Source: a virus (Duplodnaviria; Caudoviricetes). From it: a stretch of DNA of 64,000 nt. The stretch lies in IMG/VR virus record IMGVR_UViG_2974770163_000001, positions 32,001 through 96,000 of that record, one strand, 5' to 3'. Positions 9,586 to 19,093 of this stretch are shown piece by piece. A program made the translations under genes and the position numbers. The notes under the pieces were generated by a model. That model was given only the letters and a program-made list of their open reading frames with translations. It had not been told where the DNA came from and searched no databases. Numbering within the stretch: position 1 is the first letter of the stretch; every line of letters begins with the position of its first letter.

Positions 9586-10793
9586 TACTCGGCTCCTTGT
9601 TTAGCTTTAATAGTGAATTGCCCTTCTCCACCGAACTGTTGCCGCCCTTTAGATGGGTAGTTTTCATCTACAGCAACTACAATAAACTTAACTACTTTGT
9701 CAGGTTGCCCAACTTCTGGAACTTTTTTAACCGTTAAAGGAATAGGGTTGTTACCTATTTTAACTCCTGGAGTTACATATTCTAGGTCATTAGAGTCGAC
9801 TAAAGATACTTCTAGTGAACCGCTTTGATATTGCCCCTTAACAAGGGTTGTCTCGAGCATAACAGAGTCGGTGGTATCGGAAATCTCCTCAACATCTTGC
9901 TCCCAAGTTAGTTCTAATTTATCAGCAGTAGTTTTAACAACTGTTACATTCAGAGTTCCGTGATTAGTAGGCGCTGATGCTCCGCTTCCCTGTTTAATAC
10001 TAAACAATGTTAGCGGGATAATAGCATCCTCTTCCTCTGCTAAGCTATTACATGTAATGGATATTTTATTTTCGTCATATATACGACTTGTATTTACTAG
10101 TCTAGCTAAGCTTTCTGGTAAGTCCTCTGGGAAGTCTATCCAAATTTGGTCAGGCTCCTCACCACTTAGTATAGTATAGTTAGCAAATACTTCATCATCT
10201 TTATGAGTTAAAGTATCGCGAGTAAGTTCCCAAGAGATCCTGGTCTCTTTCGTCTTACTCAAGGAGATAGATACAGTAGGGGAGCTTACAGTTGTGTCTG
10301 GATAATTCTTATCCTTAACTGTAAATGTTATAGACGCAGTTGCGTCTACGTTACCCTGTTCAGAGTAAGTAACTGTCATTGTATTTGTTTCTTCGTCAAA
10401 CGCAGAGAATTCCACATTGAGAGGATCAACATCTGAATCGACAACCGGTTCTACCCCAGTAGCGTAATTAATAGACCCCGGCAAGTACTCTCCCTCTAAT
10501 ATGTTAAGGGTAATGGTGGCCTTACTTCCCTTACTTGTAAGGGTAGCAGGATTTGCCAGAGCTTCAAATATGAGCTTCGGCTTTGGGGGCTCTACCTCTC
10601 CACCCTCTTCATCAGAAACTAATGCTTTCCAGTTAGCACGATTAGTGTACGCTGGGCTACGACTCATTGCTTTACGAAGCTCTTGATAAGACTTAAATGG
10701 GGCATCTTCTCGCGCCATTATTTCATTGCAAGAATCTGGAATTCCATCTGGGAACATCTCATTTAGTGCTCCCAGGATTTCTTCTCTAGTCAT
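9585..10793 (-). CDS. pb10: Capsid decoration protein (pb10-like N-terminal anchor plus about three beta-rich/Ig-like domains)
   Basis: SYQELRKAMSRSPAYTNRANWK resembles the pb10 capsid-binding domain; lies between portal and protease; acidic beta-rich repeats. Confidence 0.75.
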   Translation of the reverse strand: MTREEILGALNEMFPDGIPDSCNEIMAREDAPFKSYQELRKAMSRSPAYTNRANWKALVSDEEGGEVEPPKPKLIFEALANPATLTSKGSKATITLNILEGEYLPGSINYATGVEPVVDSDVDPLNVEFSAFDEETNTMTVTYSEQGNVDATASITFTVKDKNYPDTTVSSPTVSISLSKTKETRISWELTRDTLTHKDDEVFANYTILSGEEPDQIWIDFPEDLPESLARLVNTSRIYDENKISITCNSLAEEEDAIIPLTLFSIKQGSGASAPTNHGTLNVTVVKTTADKLELTWEQDVEEISDTTDSVMLETTLVKGQYQSGSLEVSLVDSNDLEYVTPGVKIGNNPIPLTVKKVPEVGQPDKVVKFIVVAVDENYPSKGRQQFGGEGQFTIKAKQGAE

Positions 10794-12031
10794 TCTTTAT
10801 TTTCCTCAGCGGGTGGTCTTCCACCCTCCTGACCTGATACGCTAGTAGCAGAGCCAGAGATGTTTGCAGGTATGCGAATTTCTTCCATTCGTGGATCGTC
10901 TAGAGGTTCTAGACCCAATTCAGCACGTACTTCATTACCTGTCATGATTCCGTTATTAACTAACGTTGAAAGGTATTTACCTTCACTATCTCTGTCAGGT
11001 GTTAAAGCACGAACATGTTTAGTCTCAGGTTCGACATAAAAGCCGAAGAAGAACTGAACAGCGCTTGCAAACTTTCTTAACATGGGAATAATAGTCATGT
11101 AATAGAAAAGTTCAACATTAGGACGTATGTTTGCGTTGTTTCCACCATCAATTAAGATCTGCGGAACCCCTAATGCTATACAAATGTCTTTCTCCTGACG
11201 AGCGATATCTTCTTTAAAGTCTAAATCCTTGAAAGATGATATTTGTGAATATGGTTTCGCTTTAAGACCACCATCTAGAATTAACACAGAAGATTGACCC
11301 GTATTCGGATTATAATTTAATTGTATCTCTTCTTGTGCACGTTCACGGTGTTTCTTGTTTAGTATGTCGTCAGTTTCTAGGATTAACCCAATTACAGTAC
11401 CGTTCTTAAGGAATGTATCCTTAAAGTGCAACATGGCATTACGTTTAGTAACAGAGTCTAAAGTCGCTTGGATACGTGACTGTCCTGAAATTTGGGATGT
11501 CAGTCCATTGACGAATGCGTTATCCTTAATAAAAATAATTTCGTCAACCGCAAATCTAACTTTACTATTACCGAACTCATAGTGACTTACAACTGTCGAT
11601 TTATCAGCGACAACTTTCATCATTATAGCTGGTAGGTGATATAATGCACCACCCTCTTTGTCGTAATGAATAAACGCAGTGCCTAGAAATAAAAGATCTG
11701 TAATAACGAGACGTCGGAACGTATCGATATCCATATAAGGGTTTGGCTTAACATTCATTAGTCTATCTAACGTAGCCTTTCTGATGCCTTGACCATAACT
11801 TATAATGTCTTTCATATTTTCGCCGATCTCATAAGAGCATTCAGCAGCACTGTCAATTACCATGTTTGCAGCACGACTCAACATAGGCACGTTTCTGTAT
11901 GCCTCACTGACCGTTATCGGTTTCTGTAATGTTGGTGAACTGCTAGATTGTGCGGCACTAATTTGAGCTTGCCCAGGATTACGTTTTTCATAACTCCCTA
12001 TAAGGGATTTTAAATCATCAAACATTCCCAT
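10790..12031 (-). CDS. pb7: Portal protein (pb7-like)
   Basis: 413 aa HK97-type portal motifs (LILDGGLK, ALGVPQILI, GIMTGNEVRAELGLEP). Confidence 0.95.
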   Translation of the reverse strand: MGMFDDLKSLIGSYEKRNPGQAQISAAQSSSSPTLQKPITVSEAYRNVPMLSRAANMVIDSAAECSYEIGENMKDIISYGQGIRKATLDRLMNVKPNPYMDIDTFRRLVITDLLFLGTAFIHYDKEGGALYHLPAIMMKVVADKSTVVSHYEFGNSKVRFAVDEIIFIKDNAFVNGLTSQISGQSRIQATLDSVTKRNAMLHFKDTFLKNGTVIGLILETDDILNKKHRERAQEEIQLNYNPNTGQSSVLILDGGLKAKPYSQISSFKDLDFKEDIARQEKDICIALGVPQILIDGGNNANIRPNVELFYYMTIIPMLRKFASAVQFFFGFYVEPETKHVRALTPDRDSEGKYLSTLVNNGIMTGNEVRAELGLEPLDDPRMEEIRIPANISGSATSVSGQEGGRPPAEENKE

Positions 12032-12576
12032 TACGCTCTAAGCTCCGATAACTCTGGTGCAGGTACTCGGAAATCGAGCAAGCCCATAGAGTCTATTTTA
12101 GTTTTACCTTTTCTAGATTGATTTGATATAAATGATTTGTCTCTCAGATGATCTTCGTCAACTTGAAAGATACTTGGTAAGCTCTGGTGATCTTCGCCAC
12201 CTAGATGCTTGATTCTTTGTTTCTCCACCCAGGCTTCTTGTTTTTTCGCTGTAAACAGCGGAGGCTCTTTTGTGTACACTTTGTGAAGTTGTACGTGGTG
12301 GTCTCGGCAAAGGGTAACGGCGTGCTCCACTAGCTCATGCATATATTTTTCGTAGAATGCTTCCCTATGACTAAGGACTACTTCTTCGTTATTGAAATCC
12401 AATTGGTTTTCTGCAGCATAGTTTTTAACTAGTAGAGCTACCGTATGGTAATGATGAAACTCTAAGTTTTCATCCGTACCACAGATTCTACATTCGGACG
12501 CTTTAGGATATCTGGACTTTATACCGTCTCTCATTATGGATATCGCATCTCTTTTGTACTTGACATTGGTAGCCAT
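12031..12576 (-). CDS. HNH nicking endonuclease (T5-like)
   Basis: CRICG...LEFHHYHT...TLCRDHHVQLH; position upstream of the portal gene as in T5. Confidence 0.88.
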   Translation of the reverse strand: MATNVKYKRDAISIMRDGIKSRYPKASECRICGTDENLEFHHYHTVALLVKNYAAENQLDFNNEEVVLSHREAFYEKYMHELVEHAVTLCRDHHVQLHKVYTKEPPLFTAKKQEAWVEKQRIKHLGGEDHQSLPSIFQVDEDHLRDKSFISNQSRKGKTKIDSMGLLDFRVPAPELSELRA

Positions 12577-12605
12577 TTATTTTTATCTCCCAACTCAATA
12601 TAACT

Positions 12606-12634
12606 ATTATATCGAAATTCTCATCGTTTGTAAA
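12606..12634 (-). promoter_or_regulatory. Late sigma70 promoter of the head/tail operon
   Basis: TTTACA-N17-TATAAT followed by AGTT. Confidence 0.8.
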
Positions 12635-12713
12635 GTAGAGTTTGAAAATCGAGGTGGAGCGACCTCAATGAGTACGGTCGCTTTCCTACAAAATATTTTA
12701 AATTACTATAAAA

Positions 12714-14036
12714 TTATAACTCCCTACGTATTGAGTAGATAGCATAGCGTATAGCATCAGAGTAGTGAGAATTATGGTCATGATACGGTCGTTCTCTAGA
12801 GATTTGCTTACTCTCTTCATCCATATGCCACTTATAACCTATCAAACTCTCTATTAGTCCTTTACATTTTGAATCTACTATAATCTTATCTTGCCAGAAT
12901 AAGTCTTGTAAGTATCTGATACCATCGTTAACAGACTTCTTAGCACCCTTAGTTGAGATATCAAAGTCGTGGGCTAGGTCATGTCTGAATTGGGCGGCAG
13001 CGGAGTCAACGAAAATATAATCAGGATCCATGCGCCTTACAAGATCCTCTATGTACTGAGCATGTTCAGAGGTTGTCTTCTCAGCCTGTAAGTATTCTTC
13101 TACCACATAGAACATATCCGTGTCATAGTGGTACTTAACAGTTACAATAGCGGTAGGGTCACGATAACCAACGTCAATACCAACGATAACTTCAAAGTCA
13201 TCAGTATTAGCAAAGAAGTGACGCATACCGGATAAGTCTTTAACATGCTTCTCAATATCAAATGTGTCGAAGATTTGCCCTTCGAACACACCAAAGTCTG
13301 CCTCGTATTCTTGTCGAAAATACGCTTCTGATGTAGTTCTTCGTGCGTCTTCGATAGTCTTTAAGTCTACTCTAGGATTATCACGATAGGTGGCATGGAT
13401 AGACACCCAGGTCTTCATGGAATCTGTTTCTGTAGACTTACCATATTCATAGAACGTCTTGAACCAGTTATTACCACGAGGTGTGGATATGAACAATGCT
13501 TTTGAATTAGGTTTGTCAAGTGTTGGCATCAACTGTACTTGGAAGGCATCCCCACCCTTATCAGAAATTGCTGCCTCATCAAATATAATGAAGTCATATG
13601 AACGACCAACTGCGGAGTCAGCGTTACCTGCTGATGCCAGTTTGAATAGTGAGCCATTCGATAACTCAATCTCCTTGTCCTTAGCATTCTCTTTTTCTGT
13701 CTTGATACCATGTTTACGAATCAGCCCCTTAATGAGATCCCATCCGATGTTAGCTAATGAATAGTTAGGTGCAATAACTAGCACCAACGTTCCAGGTTCT
13801 AGTAACTTTAAGAATCCTAGGTTATATGCAATAAAAGACTTCCCTACACGACGTGATACACAAGCCGTTACAAAACGGTGTCGAGGGTCGTTAAGAGAAT
13901 TTATAATTGCGATCTGAGGGCGATTAGGTGTAATGCCCTCTAGATCTAACATACCTTGTACGGATAACTTAAAGAAACTATTATCACCAAAGTCCAGTAG
14001 GTCTGTGGTGTTTATGTAGTCTCTAGATACTTCCAT
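12714..14036 (-). CDS. terL: Terminase large subunit
   Basis: Walker A SRRVGKS, Walker B FIIFDEAA, ISTPRG, nuclease GIDVGYRD and HYSDAIRY. Confidence 0.96.
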   Translation of the reverse strand: MEVSRDYINTTDLLDFGDNSFFKLSVQGMLDLEGITPNRPQIAIINSLNDPRHRFVTACVSRRVGKSFIAYNLGFLKLLEPGTLVLVIAPNYSLANIGWDLIKGLIRKHGIKTEKENAKDKEIELSNGSLFKLASAGNADSAVGRSYDFIIFDEAAISDKGGDAFQVQLMPTLDKPNSKALFISTPRGNNWFKTFYEYGKSTETDSMKTWVSIHATYRDNPRVDLKTIEDARRTTSEAYFRQEYEADFGVFEGQIFDTFDIEKHVKDLSGMRHFFANTDDFEVIVGIDVGYRDPTAIVTVKYHYDTDMFYVVEEYLQAEKTTSEHAQYIEDLVRRMDPDYIFVDSAAAQFRHDLAHDFDISTKGAKKSVNDGIRYLQDLFWQDKIIVDSKCKGLIESLIGYKWHMDEESKQISRERPYHDHNSHYSDAIRYAIYSIRREL

Positions 14037-14509
14037 TATTTACCTTGTAGTTTAGTAATAAGCGAAGCATAGTTAGGGTCATTAATTACCTGTACGTTAG
14101 TTTGGTTGGCTACGACTCTGTTTCCTGCTTGCTTAATCTTCTCAAGCTCTACTTCCATCTTCATCTCGTCCATCTTCATTCTATGGACAGTTTTTAAAAT
14201 ATCCATAATATCTTGATCTGAGCCGAGGCCGGTCTCGTCCATTTGTTCAAGCTTCATGTTGATAATCTTATCTAGGAGAGCGAATAGCTTATGTTTATTC
14301 CTAAATCCAGATTCGTTAAACAGAGTACTGATATACTGCTTAACTTCTGGCTTGTTATAGATTTTGACCACACCCTCTTTGGGCATATTTAAGGCTACAG
14401 CAGCCTTATCAATATCAAAACCATTATTAAAGTACGCCTCGACTACCATCATCCCCTCAGGGTCGATGAATTCAGGCGCCAATGCTGTTGGATTAGTTGC
14501 TGGTAACAT
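14036..14509 (-). CDS. terS: Terminase small subunit
   Basis: 157 aa, N-terminal HTH, directly upstream of terL. Confidence 0.85.
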   Translation of the reverse strand: MLPATNPTALAPEFIDPEGMMVVEAYFNNGFDIDKAAVALNMPKEGVVKIYNKPEVKQYISTLFNESGFRNKHKLFALLDKIINMKLEQMDETGLGSDQDIMDILKTVHRMKMDEMKMEVELEKIKQAGNRVVANQTNVQVINDPNYASLITKLQGK

Positions 14510-14518
14510 ATTATTTCC

Positions 14519-16384
14519 TTACGAAAGAGCAGCAATGCTCATAGTGTACGCTGGTACGTGAAACTTGGGATTAGCATTAAGAGACTGACCATTACCGCCT
14601 TTCTTACCAGGCATCGGGGCACCTCTGTGAGATACTGATATCTCCACATTACCATTACCTAAATTCCTGAACCAGAATGCGATATTTGTAAGCCAAGCGT
14701 TTACTACGGGATCTGAGAAGTCAGCCCACCCACTATCACTCTTATATGATTTTACTTCCATAAATTGCACATATTTATTTATGGGTAGGACAAGAATGCT
14801 ATGGTCTCCTCCTACATTTGGGACAGTATTACTGGAGAGCTTCATAATACCACCGCCTACTCTAGCATAATATGCCTCATTTGGCAACCATACTCGAACA
14901 TCAGTAGTATTGAGGTTCATTATAATTGTGGAAGATCTATTTGTAGCTAGGCCTAGTGCTACTGTGGCAATAACCTTGCTTTCGGGATTTGCCAGTGCGA
15001 TCTCAGATCCCCCGAAAGTAACTCTTTTGGTTGCCCCAGGAAGTAGTTTAAGCGCCATAGACCCACCTTTCCCCCATATCGTCCGAGTTTGAGTTCCTAT
15101 AGAATCGGGGGTAATTACCCACCCATTTCCGGAATTTTTCATATCTTGAATACCAAGGAAGTTATGTTGGTTTGGTGCTAGACTTACCATGGAGGACCCC
15201 GAGGTAGTATTAATACTCCTATCTGAAGCTACCCCCAATAAGGGCATTGCAGACCTCATATTGGGAAGACCATTACCATCATATGATGGATTAGCATACA
15301 TATAGGTATAACCAGACCCTGTAGTACTAGGATTGATTTGATGCAGCATTTTGGCTGCTAAGGTTTTTATAGATACTCCCCCCACCTTAAAGTCATTCCT
15401 ATCTAGCTTAATCTCCCCTGTTAAAGGGACTATATTAGTCAGAGAATACCCTGAGTTAACATTATAAGTTAGATTCAGCTTTCTGATAATAATCTTGGTA
15501 AAGGTTACCGTAGGGTAGTCCCACAACTCCATATAGCTGGCATTCCGGTTTCCATGCCATTTAGTAGTACCAGAAATAGTACCTAGTTTACGATGATTTA
15601 ACCACCAGTTAGCGTACCTATCGCGGTCACTATAATGCTGCATATCCTTTTCGAATTTCTGTGAAGCGTTAGCTAAAGCCCCTCGGGGGGCTCCTATTAA
15701 ATTGTTAAATGGAGGTACCAGAATCCCTGAGTAAGTCCCCCCATAAAATCCTACACGATAGAACTTACTGGTGTCAATGGTTACAAATGAGTTATTATAC
15801 CCGCACCTCCATAATCTATCCCTAGCAACATTGAAACTGTTAGCCTCACTATCACCACCAATTCTCATAGTATTGATACCAAAAGAATCTTGATCAAGGG
15901 TGGCTTGTCTAATATCAGTAGATTTATTGCCCACAAAGAAACCTACATGTACACCTATCCCTGGGCGCATTGTTACATGTAAATCGTAGTCATGGAAGTC
16001 CATACGCCCATCCCAGTCATCCCAGGCATCCCCCGTATCAAACGAGGAGGTTATACTATGGCCATTAATTACTTTAGAGTATTCCTTACCGTTTACTGTG
16101 TAGAATACTTCAATAAGTGTAACAGTAGAACTATTTTTAATAGCATTTATAGCACCCGCAGGTAGTGACCCTACTTTATACTTGCCAAGAATATTCCAAC
16201 CACCGTATGTATCTCCCACAGCGGAAGCATCAAAATTTGTTAGTGGAATAGTCCATTCATCAGTGATGAACACATGTGGCATTGAGGAGTGAAAAATAGT
16301 ATCATTGCCAACCCCATTTCTAGCATCACTGGATTCGGTTAAATGTAGGACAGTACCAGGACTCCCTTTTGCGTAAAAACCCAT
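14519..16384 (-). CDS. oad: Receptor-binding tail tip protein (pb5/Oad-like)
   Basis: MGFYAKG...VLHL...TIFHSSMPHVF N-terminus typical of the pb5 family; 621 aa; synteny. Confidence 0.88.
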   Translation of the reverse strand: MGFYAKGSPGTVLHLTESSDARNGVGNDTIFHSSMPHVFITDEWTIPLTNFDASAVGDTYGGWNILGKYKVGSLPAGAINAIKNSSTVTLIEVFYTVNGKEYSKVINGHSITSSFDTGDAWDDWDGRMDFHDYDLHVTMRPGIGVHVGFFVGNKSTDIRQATLDQDSFGINTMRIGGDSEANSFNVARDRLWRCGYNNSFVTIDTSKFYRVGFYGGTYSGILVPPFNNLIGAPRGALANASQKFEKDMQHYSDRDRYANWWLNHRKLGTISGTTKWHGNRNASYMELWDYPTVTFTKIIIRKLNLTYNVNSGYSLTNIVPLTGEIKLDRNDFKVGGVSIKTLAAKMLHQINPSTTGSGYTYMYANPSYDGNGLPNMRSAMPLLGVASDRSINTTSGSSMVSLAPNQHNFLGIQDMKNSGNGWVITPDSIGTQTRTIWGKGGSMALKLLPGATKRVTFGGSEIALANPESKVIATVALGLATNRSSTIIMNLNTTDVRVWLPNEAYYARVGGGIMKLSSNTVPNVGGDHSILVLPINKYVQFMEVKSYKSDSGWADFSDPVVNAWLTNIAFWFRNLGNGNVEISVSHRGAPMPGKKGGNGQSLNANPKFHVPAYTMSIAALS

Positions 16385-16412
16385 GTTTTCTCCTTAATAA
16401 TTAAAAAATTAG

Positions 16413-16441
16413 TTGCGTTCTGCCTCAATTCCTGATATAAT
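16413..16441 (+). promoter_or_regulatory. Early-type promoter, divergent from oad
   Basis: TTGCGT-N17-TATAAT followed by ATTTATATAAATT, as in the other early promoters. Confidence 0.8.
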
Positions 16442-16479
16442 ATTTATATAAATTAAAGAAGCAAATCGATAATAAACTA

Positions 16480-16508
16480 ATTATACAACAGATTTGCCAC
16501 GATGTAAA
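16480..16508 (-). promoter_or_regulatory. Late promoter for oad and the terminases
   Basis: TTTACA-N17-TATAAT. Confidence 0.75.
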
Positions 16509-16548
16509 GAACATTTTTAAAATCAATCTAGACAAAAAGAGGTATAGT

Positions 16549-17070
16549 ATGGAAGTTATTTATAAAACATTTAATGGTACTGCTAGGACCGATTTAATAC
16601 TAAGGGGTGAGAGAGCTAACCTGCTCAAATTTGACCAATCACACATCTTAGGCGAAGTACTAAAGGTAACACCAGTTCACAATTTGACAAACAGACTAAT
16701 AGATCTGTATATTGTGTTCAACAATAAGGAAGCTACCGTTATAAAAGAAGTAACAAGTTATGAAATAAGAGGTGAGTACGGAGAATACAAGGATTCTTGT
16801 GAATTGTACCTCTTACCACCAATACCCAAAGGACCTGCATGGAAAGCAGAACAGCAGCTTCTATCCGAGCACTCAGCGGAGATAATAAGACTCTTCAACA
16901 GCTACGAAGATCTAGATGAGAAGAAGCTAGATGAGATACATACTCGTCATGAGAAGTTAGAGAGGGAGGCTAGAGAAGCGGCAAGGATTGAGTTTGCTAA
17001 AAGCTTCTCCGCTGCGAAAGATCAGTTAATAAGTTGGATTAAGCCTCTAGGATGGAGTATAGTACAATGA
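16549..17070 (+). CDS. Hypothetical protein at the position of T5 llp (no lipobox)
   Basis: GAGGT RBS, 173 aa, no signal peptide. Confidence 0.75.
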   Translation: MEVIYKTFNGTARTDLILRGERANLLKFDQSHILGEVLKVTPVHNLTNRLIDLYIVFNNKEATVIKEVTSYEIRGEYGEYKDSCELYLLPPIPKGPAWKAEQQLLSEHSAEIIRLFNSYEDLDEKKLDEIHTRHEKLEREAREAARIEFAKSFSAAKDQLISWIKPLGWSIVQ

Positions 17071-17129
17071 CAACTATACTTGTTATAATTATATTCGAGA
17101 TATGTATATCTTCTACAATACTTAGCTAG
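17067..17129 (+). CDS. Small hydrophobic peptide (20 aa, MTTILVIIIFEICISSTILS)
   Basis: ATGA overlap with the upstream stop; GGAG upstream. Confidence 0.45.
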   Translation: MTTILVIIIFEICISSTILS

Positions 17130-17137
17130 GATATGTT

Positions 17138-17227
17138 ATGGGAATCTTAGAAATTACAGCCATAGTAGGTTTAGTATATGTGGTTATAGGACTACTTACC
17201 TGGGCAGCTCACAGAGGAGTATACTAG
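17138..17227 (+). CDS. Small membrane peptide (29 aa, MGILEITAIVGLVYVVIGLLTWAAHRGVY)
   Basis: AGGA RBS; single hydrophobic segment. Confidence 0.6.
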   Translation: MGILEITAIVGLVYVVIGLLTWAAHRGVY

Positions 17228-17320
17228 ATGATACCAGCTTGGGTATTAGGAGCAGTAATTGGTGGGGTAACAATCAGTATACCGTTAGCCTTATTTGTAG
17301 GAGCATGCTACGATGATTAG
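17228..17320 (+). CDS. Small membrane peptide (30 aa, MIPAWVLGAVIGGVTISIPLALFVGACYDD)
   Basis: GAGGAG RBS; TAG-ATG junction. Confidence 0.62.
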   Translation: MIPAWVLGAVIGGVTISIPLALFVGACYDD

Positions 17321-17453
17321 TTATCCGTTATTAATAGTTTGTGCAGTAGCTGGATCTATAGTTGGCGCATGTTTGGGCATAACTGGGTATATGCCTTTAA
17401 TTCTACGATTAGCAGGTAAACATGAGGAGAAACATAAAGATGCGGAAGTCTGA
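17313..17453 (+). CDS. Small membrane peptide (46 aa, MISYPLLIVCAVAGSIVGACLGITGYMPLILRLAGKHEEKHKDAEV)
   Basis: AGGAG RBS; overlaps the previous stop. Confidence 0.62.
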   Translation: MISYPLLIVCAVAGSIVGACLGITGYMPLILRLAGKHEEKHKDAEV

Positions 17454-17574
17454 TGATGGGAAAAGCATAATCTTCACTGAAAGTGAAGCCATGTGGTTCT
17501 TCCTCCTGTTCCCAGGCATATGGTTTACCTTAGTTCTTGGTGGAATAGCAATTCTGTTACCATTCTTTATTTAG
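17440..17574 (+). CDS. Small membrane peptide (44 aa, MRKSDDGK...FFLLFPGIWFTLVLGGIAILLPFFI)
   Basis: GAGGAG RBS; hydrophobic C-terminal half. Confidence 0.6.
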   Translation: MRKSDDGKSIIFTESEAMWFFLLFPGIWFTLVLGGIAILLPFFI

Positions 17575-17590
17575 ACTTAGTGAGGCTTTT

Positions 17591-17686
17591 ATGGACGTAG
17601 TGAAACTTTTAGAGATTGTAGTGGGTTTTGGTGGGATGGCATTAGTCTTCTTACACTATAACGACTTGTGGATCTTTCGTAAGTAG
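17591..17686 (+). CDS. Small membrane peptide (31 aa, MDVVKLLEIVVGFGGMALVFLHYNDLWIFRK)
   Basis: GAGG RBS. Confidence 0.6.
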   Translation: MDVVKLLEIVVGFGGMALVFLHYNDLWIFRK

Positions 17687-17702
17687 TAGTGAGACTTTAG
17701 TG

Positions 17703-17876
17703 AGACGCCTAAAGACTCTTTCATCGAAAAATCTTGATGCTTATAGACCATTGAGTGTGGTAGAACCGTTTAGACGCCTAAAGACCTTTCATCGAAAAAT
17801 CCTGATGCCAAGTTCCCATTGAACGTGGTAGAACCGTTTAGACGCCTAAAGACTAATTCATCGAAAAATCCTGATG
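17703..17876. repeat. About 2.5 tandem copies of a 68-69 bp unit near the presumed left terminal-repeat boundary
   Basis: AGACGCCTAAAGAC..TTCATCGAAAAATC(C/T)TGATG starting at 17703, 17772 and 17840. Confidence 0.9.
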
Positions 17877-17954
17877 GGTTACGTGTGGGTGTGTGCAATA
17901 GGGGTGGGGGCTTGGGCTAGTCTCCGAACCGCCCCCTATTGTATCACGGTTGCT

Positions 17955-18209
17955 TTAGTTTGTCAACGGTTGCACACTCAAAAGATTTGTAAAGTTTTGT
18001 AAGATAATTCTTAAAGCTAGGTCTTTACTATTTGGGCTACCATCTGACAAAGCACTTGATGCTATATCTATAATGGCATCAGCCGCTACCCGATTAATAA
18101 CTAAGTAACCTTTAGCATTTAATTCTACTACTAATTGATTAAGTTGTTCTTGGCTCATTTCTTTGTTAGGGCTTAATTCGATAACGTTTGACATAATGAC
18201 CTCACACAA
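17955..18209 (-). CDS. Hypothetical pre-early protein
   Basis: GAGGT RBS before the internal MSNVIEL start. Confidence 0.65.
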   Translation of the reverse strand: MCEVIMSNVIELSPNKEMSQEQLNQLVVELNAKGYLVINRVAADAIIDIASSALSDGSPNSKDLALRIILQNFTNLLSVQPLTN

Positions 18210-18290
18210 TTTAAGAATATTGATATTAGCTGGTTAACGTCTAACTAAGTAACTAACTAGGGCTAACCAACTAATAGAGATTATATCAAA

Positions 18291-19007
18291 CTAGGCAGAA
18301 ATAGCAACCAGTTTATTAAACTTACTGCTTAAATAGTCTCTTTCTTCCTGAGTATAACTACACCATGCCGTTTCGATATGTTCCGCTAATGCTTCAGGGT
18401 CGTGTAGTTCTTCCATCACTTGATCAATGAATTGTTCACCAGCCATGCGATAACCAACGTTTAACACGTCATTAACAAGCGTAGCATCTACAACTTGAAA
18501 GCCCATTTCACGAGCAACAGATAACACGCCTTGATGATCATCGTAAACGGTTATAACAGCGTTTGGATACATAGCTTGCAAGATTTCAAAGTATTTCCGC
18601 TTATATTCAGCATCACGGCTATAATAAACGTCTTTGATATCTTCAAGGGCAAAATAACGGGCTAAGGTAGTTCTGCTCATGATACTGGCGGCTTGCGGTT
18701 TATTAGTTGTTAAACCTTGTTTGCGTAGGTAGTAATAATCGGATTTATACATTGTTCTGGCTGTTACTATTACGTTATGAGTATCACCCTTATTGATATT
18801 CTCTTTCATGACAGCCGCTAAGGGTAGCAGTGTATCAGCTTGTACTAGCTCATGAGTACAAGCATTTTGGATATATCCAGTTAAATCTAGGTTGCCCGTT
18901 TCTTCGTCTAGGTATGGTCTAACACGATGAAAGCTATTTATTACAGTGCCATCAAGGTCAAAGATATTAAGAAACTTGATATCATTAAATACTCGTGTTT
19001 GTTGCAT
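18291..19007 (-). CDS. dmp: Deoxynucleoside 5'-monophosphatase (HAD family)
   Basis: FDLDGTVINSFHRV, TAR, KSDYYYLRKQGL and DDH motifs as in T5 Dmp; start placed at MQQTR after GAGGT. Confidence 0.93.
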   Translation of the reverse strand: MQQTRVFNDIKFLNIFDLDGTVINSFHRVRPYLDEETGNLDLTGYIQNACTHELVQADTLLPLAAVMKENINKGDTHNVIVTARTMYKSDYYYLRKQGLTTNKPQAASIMSRTTLARYFALEDIKDVYYSRDAEYKRKYFEILQAMYPNAVITVYDDHQGVLSVAREMGFQVVDATLVNDVLNVGYRMAGEQFIDQVMEELHDPEALAEHIETAWCSYTQEERDYLSSKFNKLVAISA

Positions 19008-19093
19008 GGTTGTTACCTCTCGCATTTAAGCGGTTTATTTTTGGAGTTCTAAGTATAAAGAAAGCCCCTGAGTATATCAAGGGCTTAACAGTG

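Noticed and set aside
81-15092. Plus-strand and nested ORFs in the late region (e.g. 209-418, 1373-1741, 8090-8281, 13459-13764)
   Set aside because: They are antisense or off-frame shadows of well-supported structural genes and lack RBSs.
17703-17876. Mini-CRISPR array
   Set aside because: The variable parts are short and similar to each other, the constant part is about 50 bp, and there are no cas genes; this is a tandem repeat.
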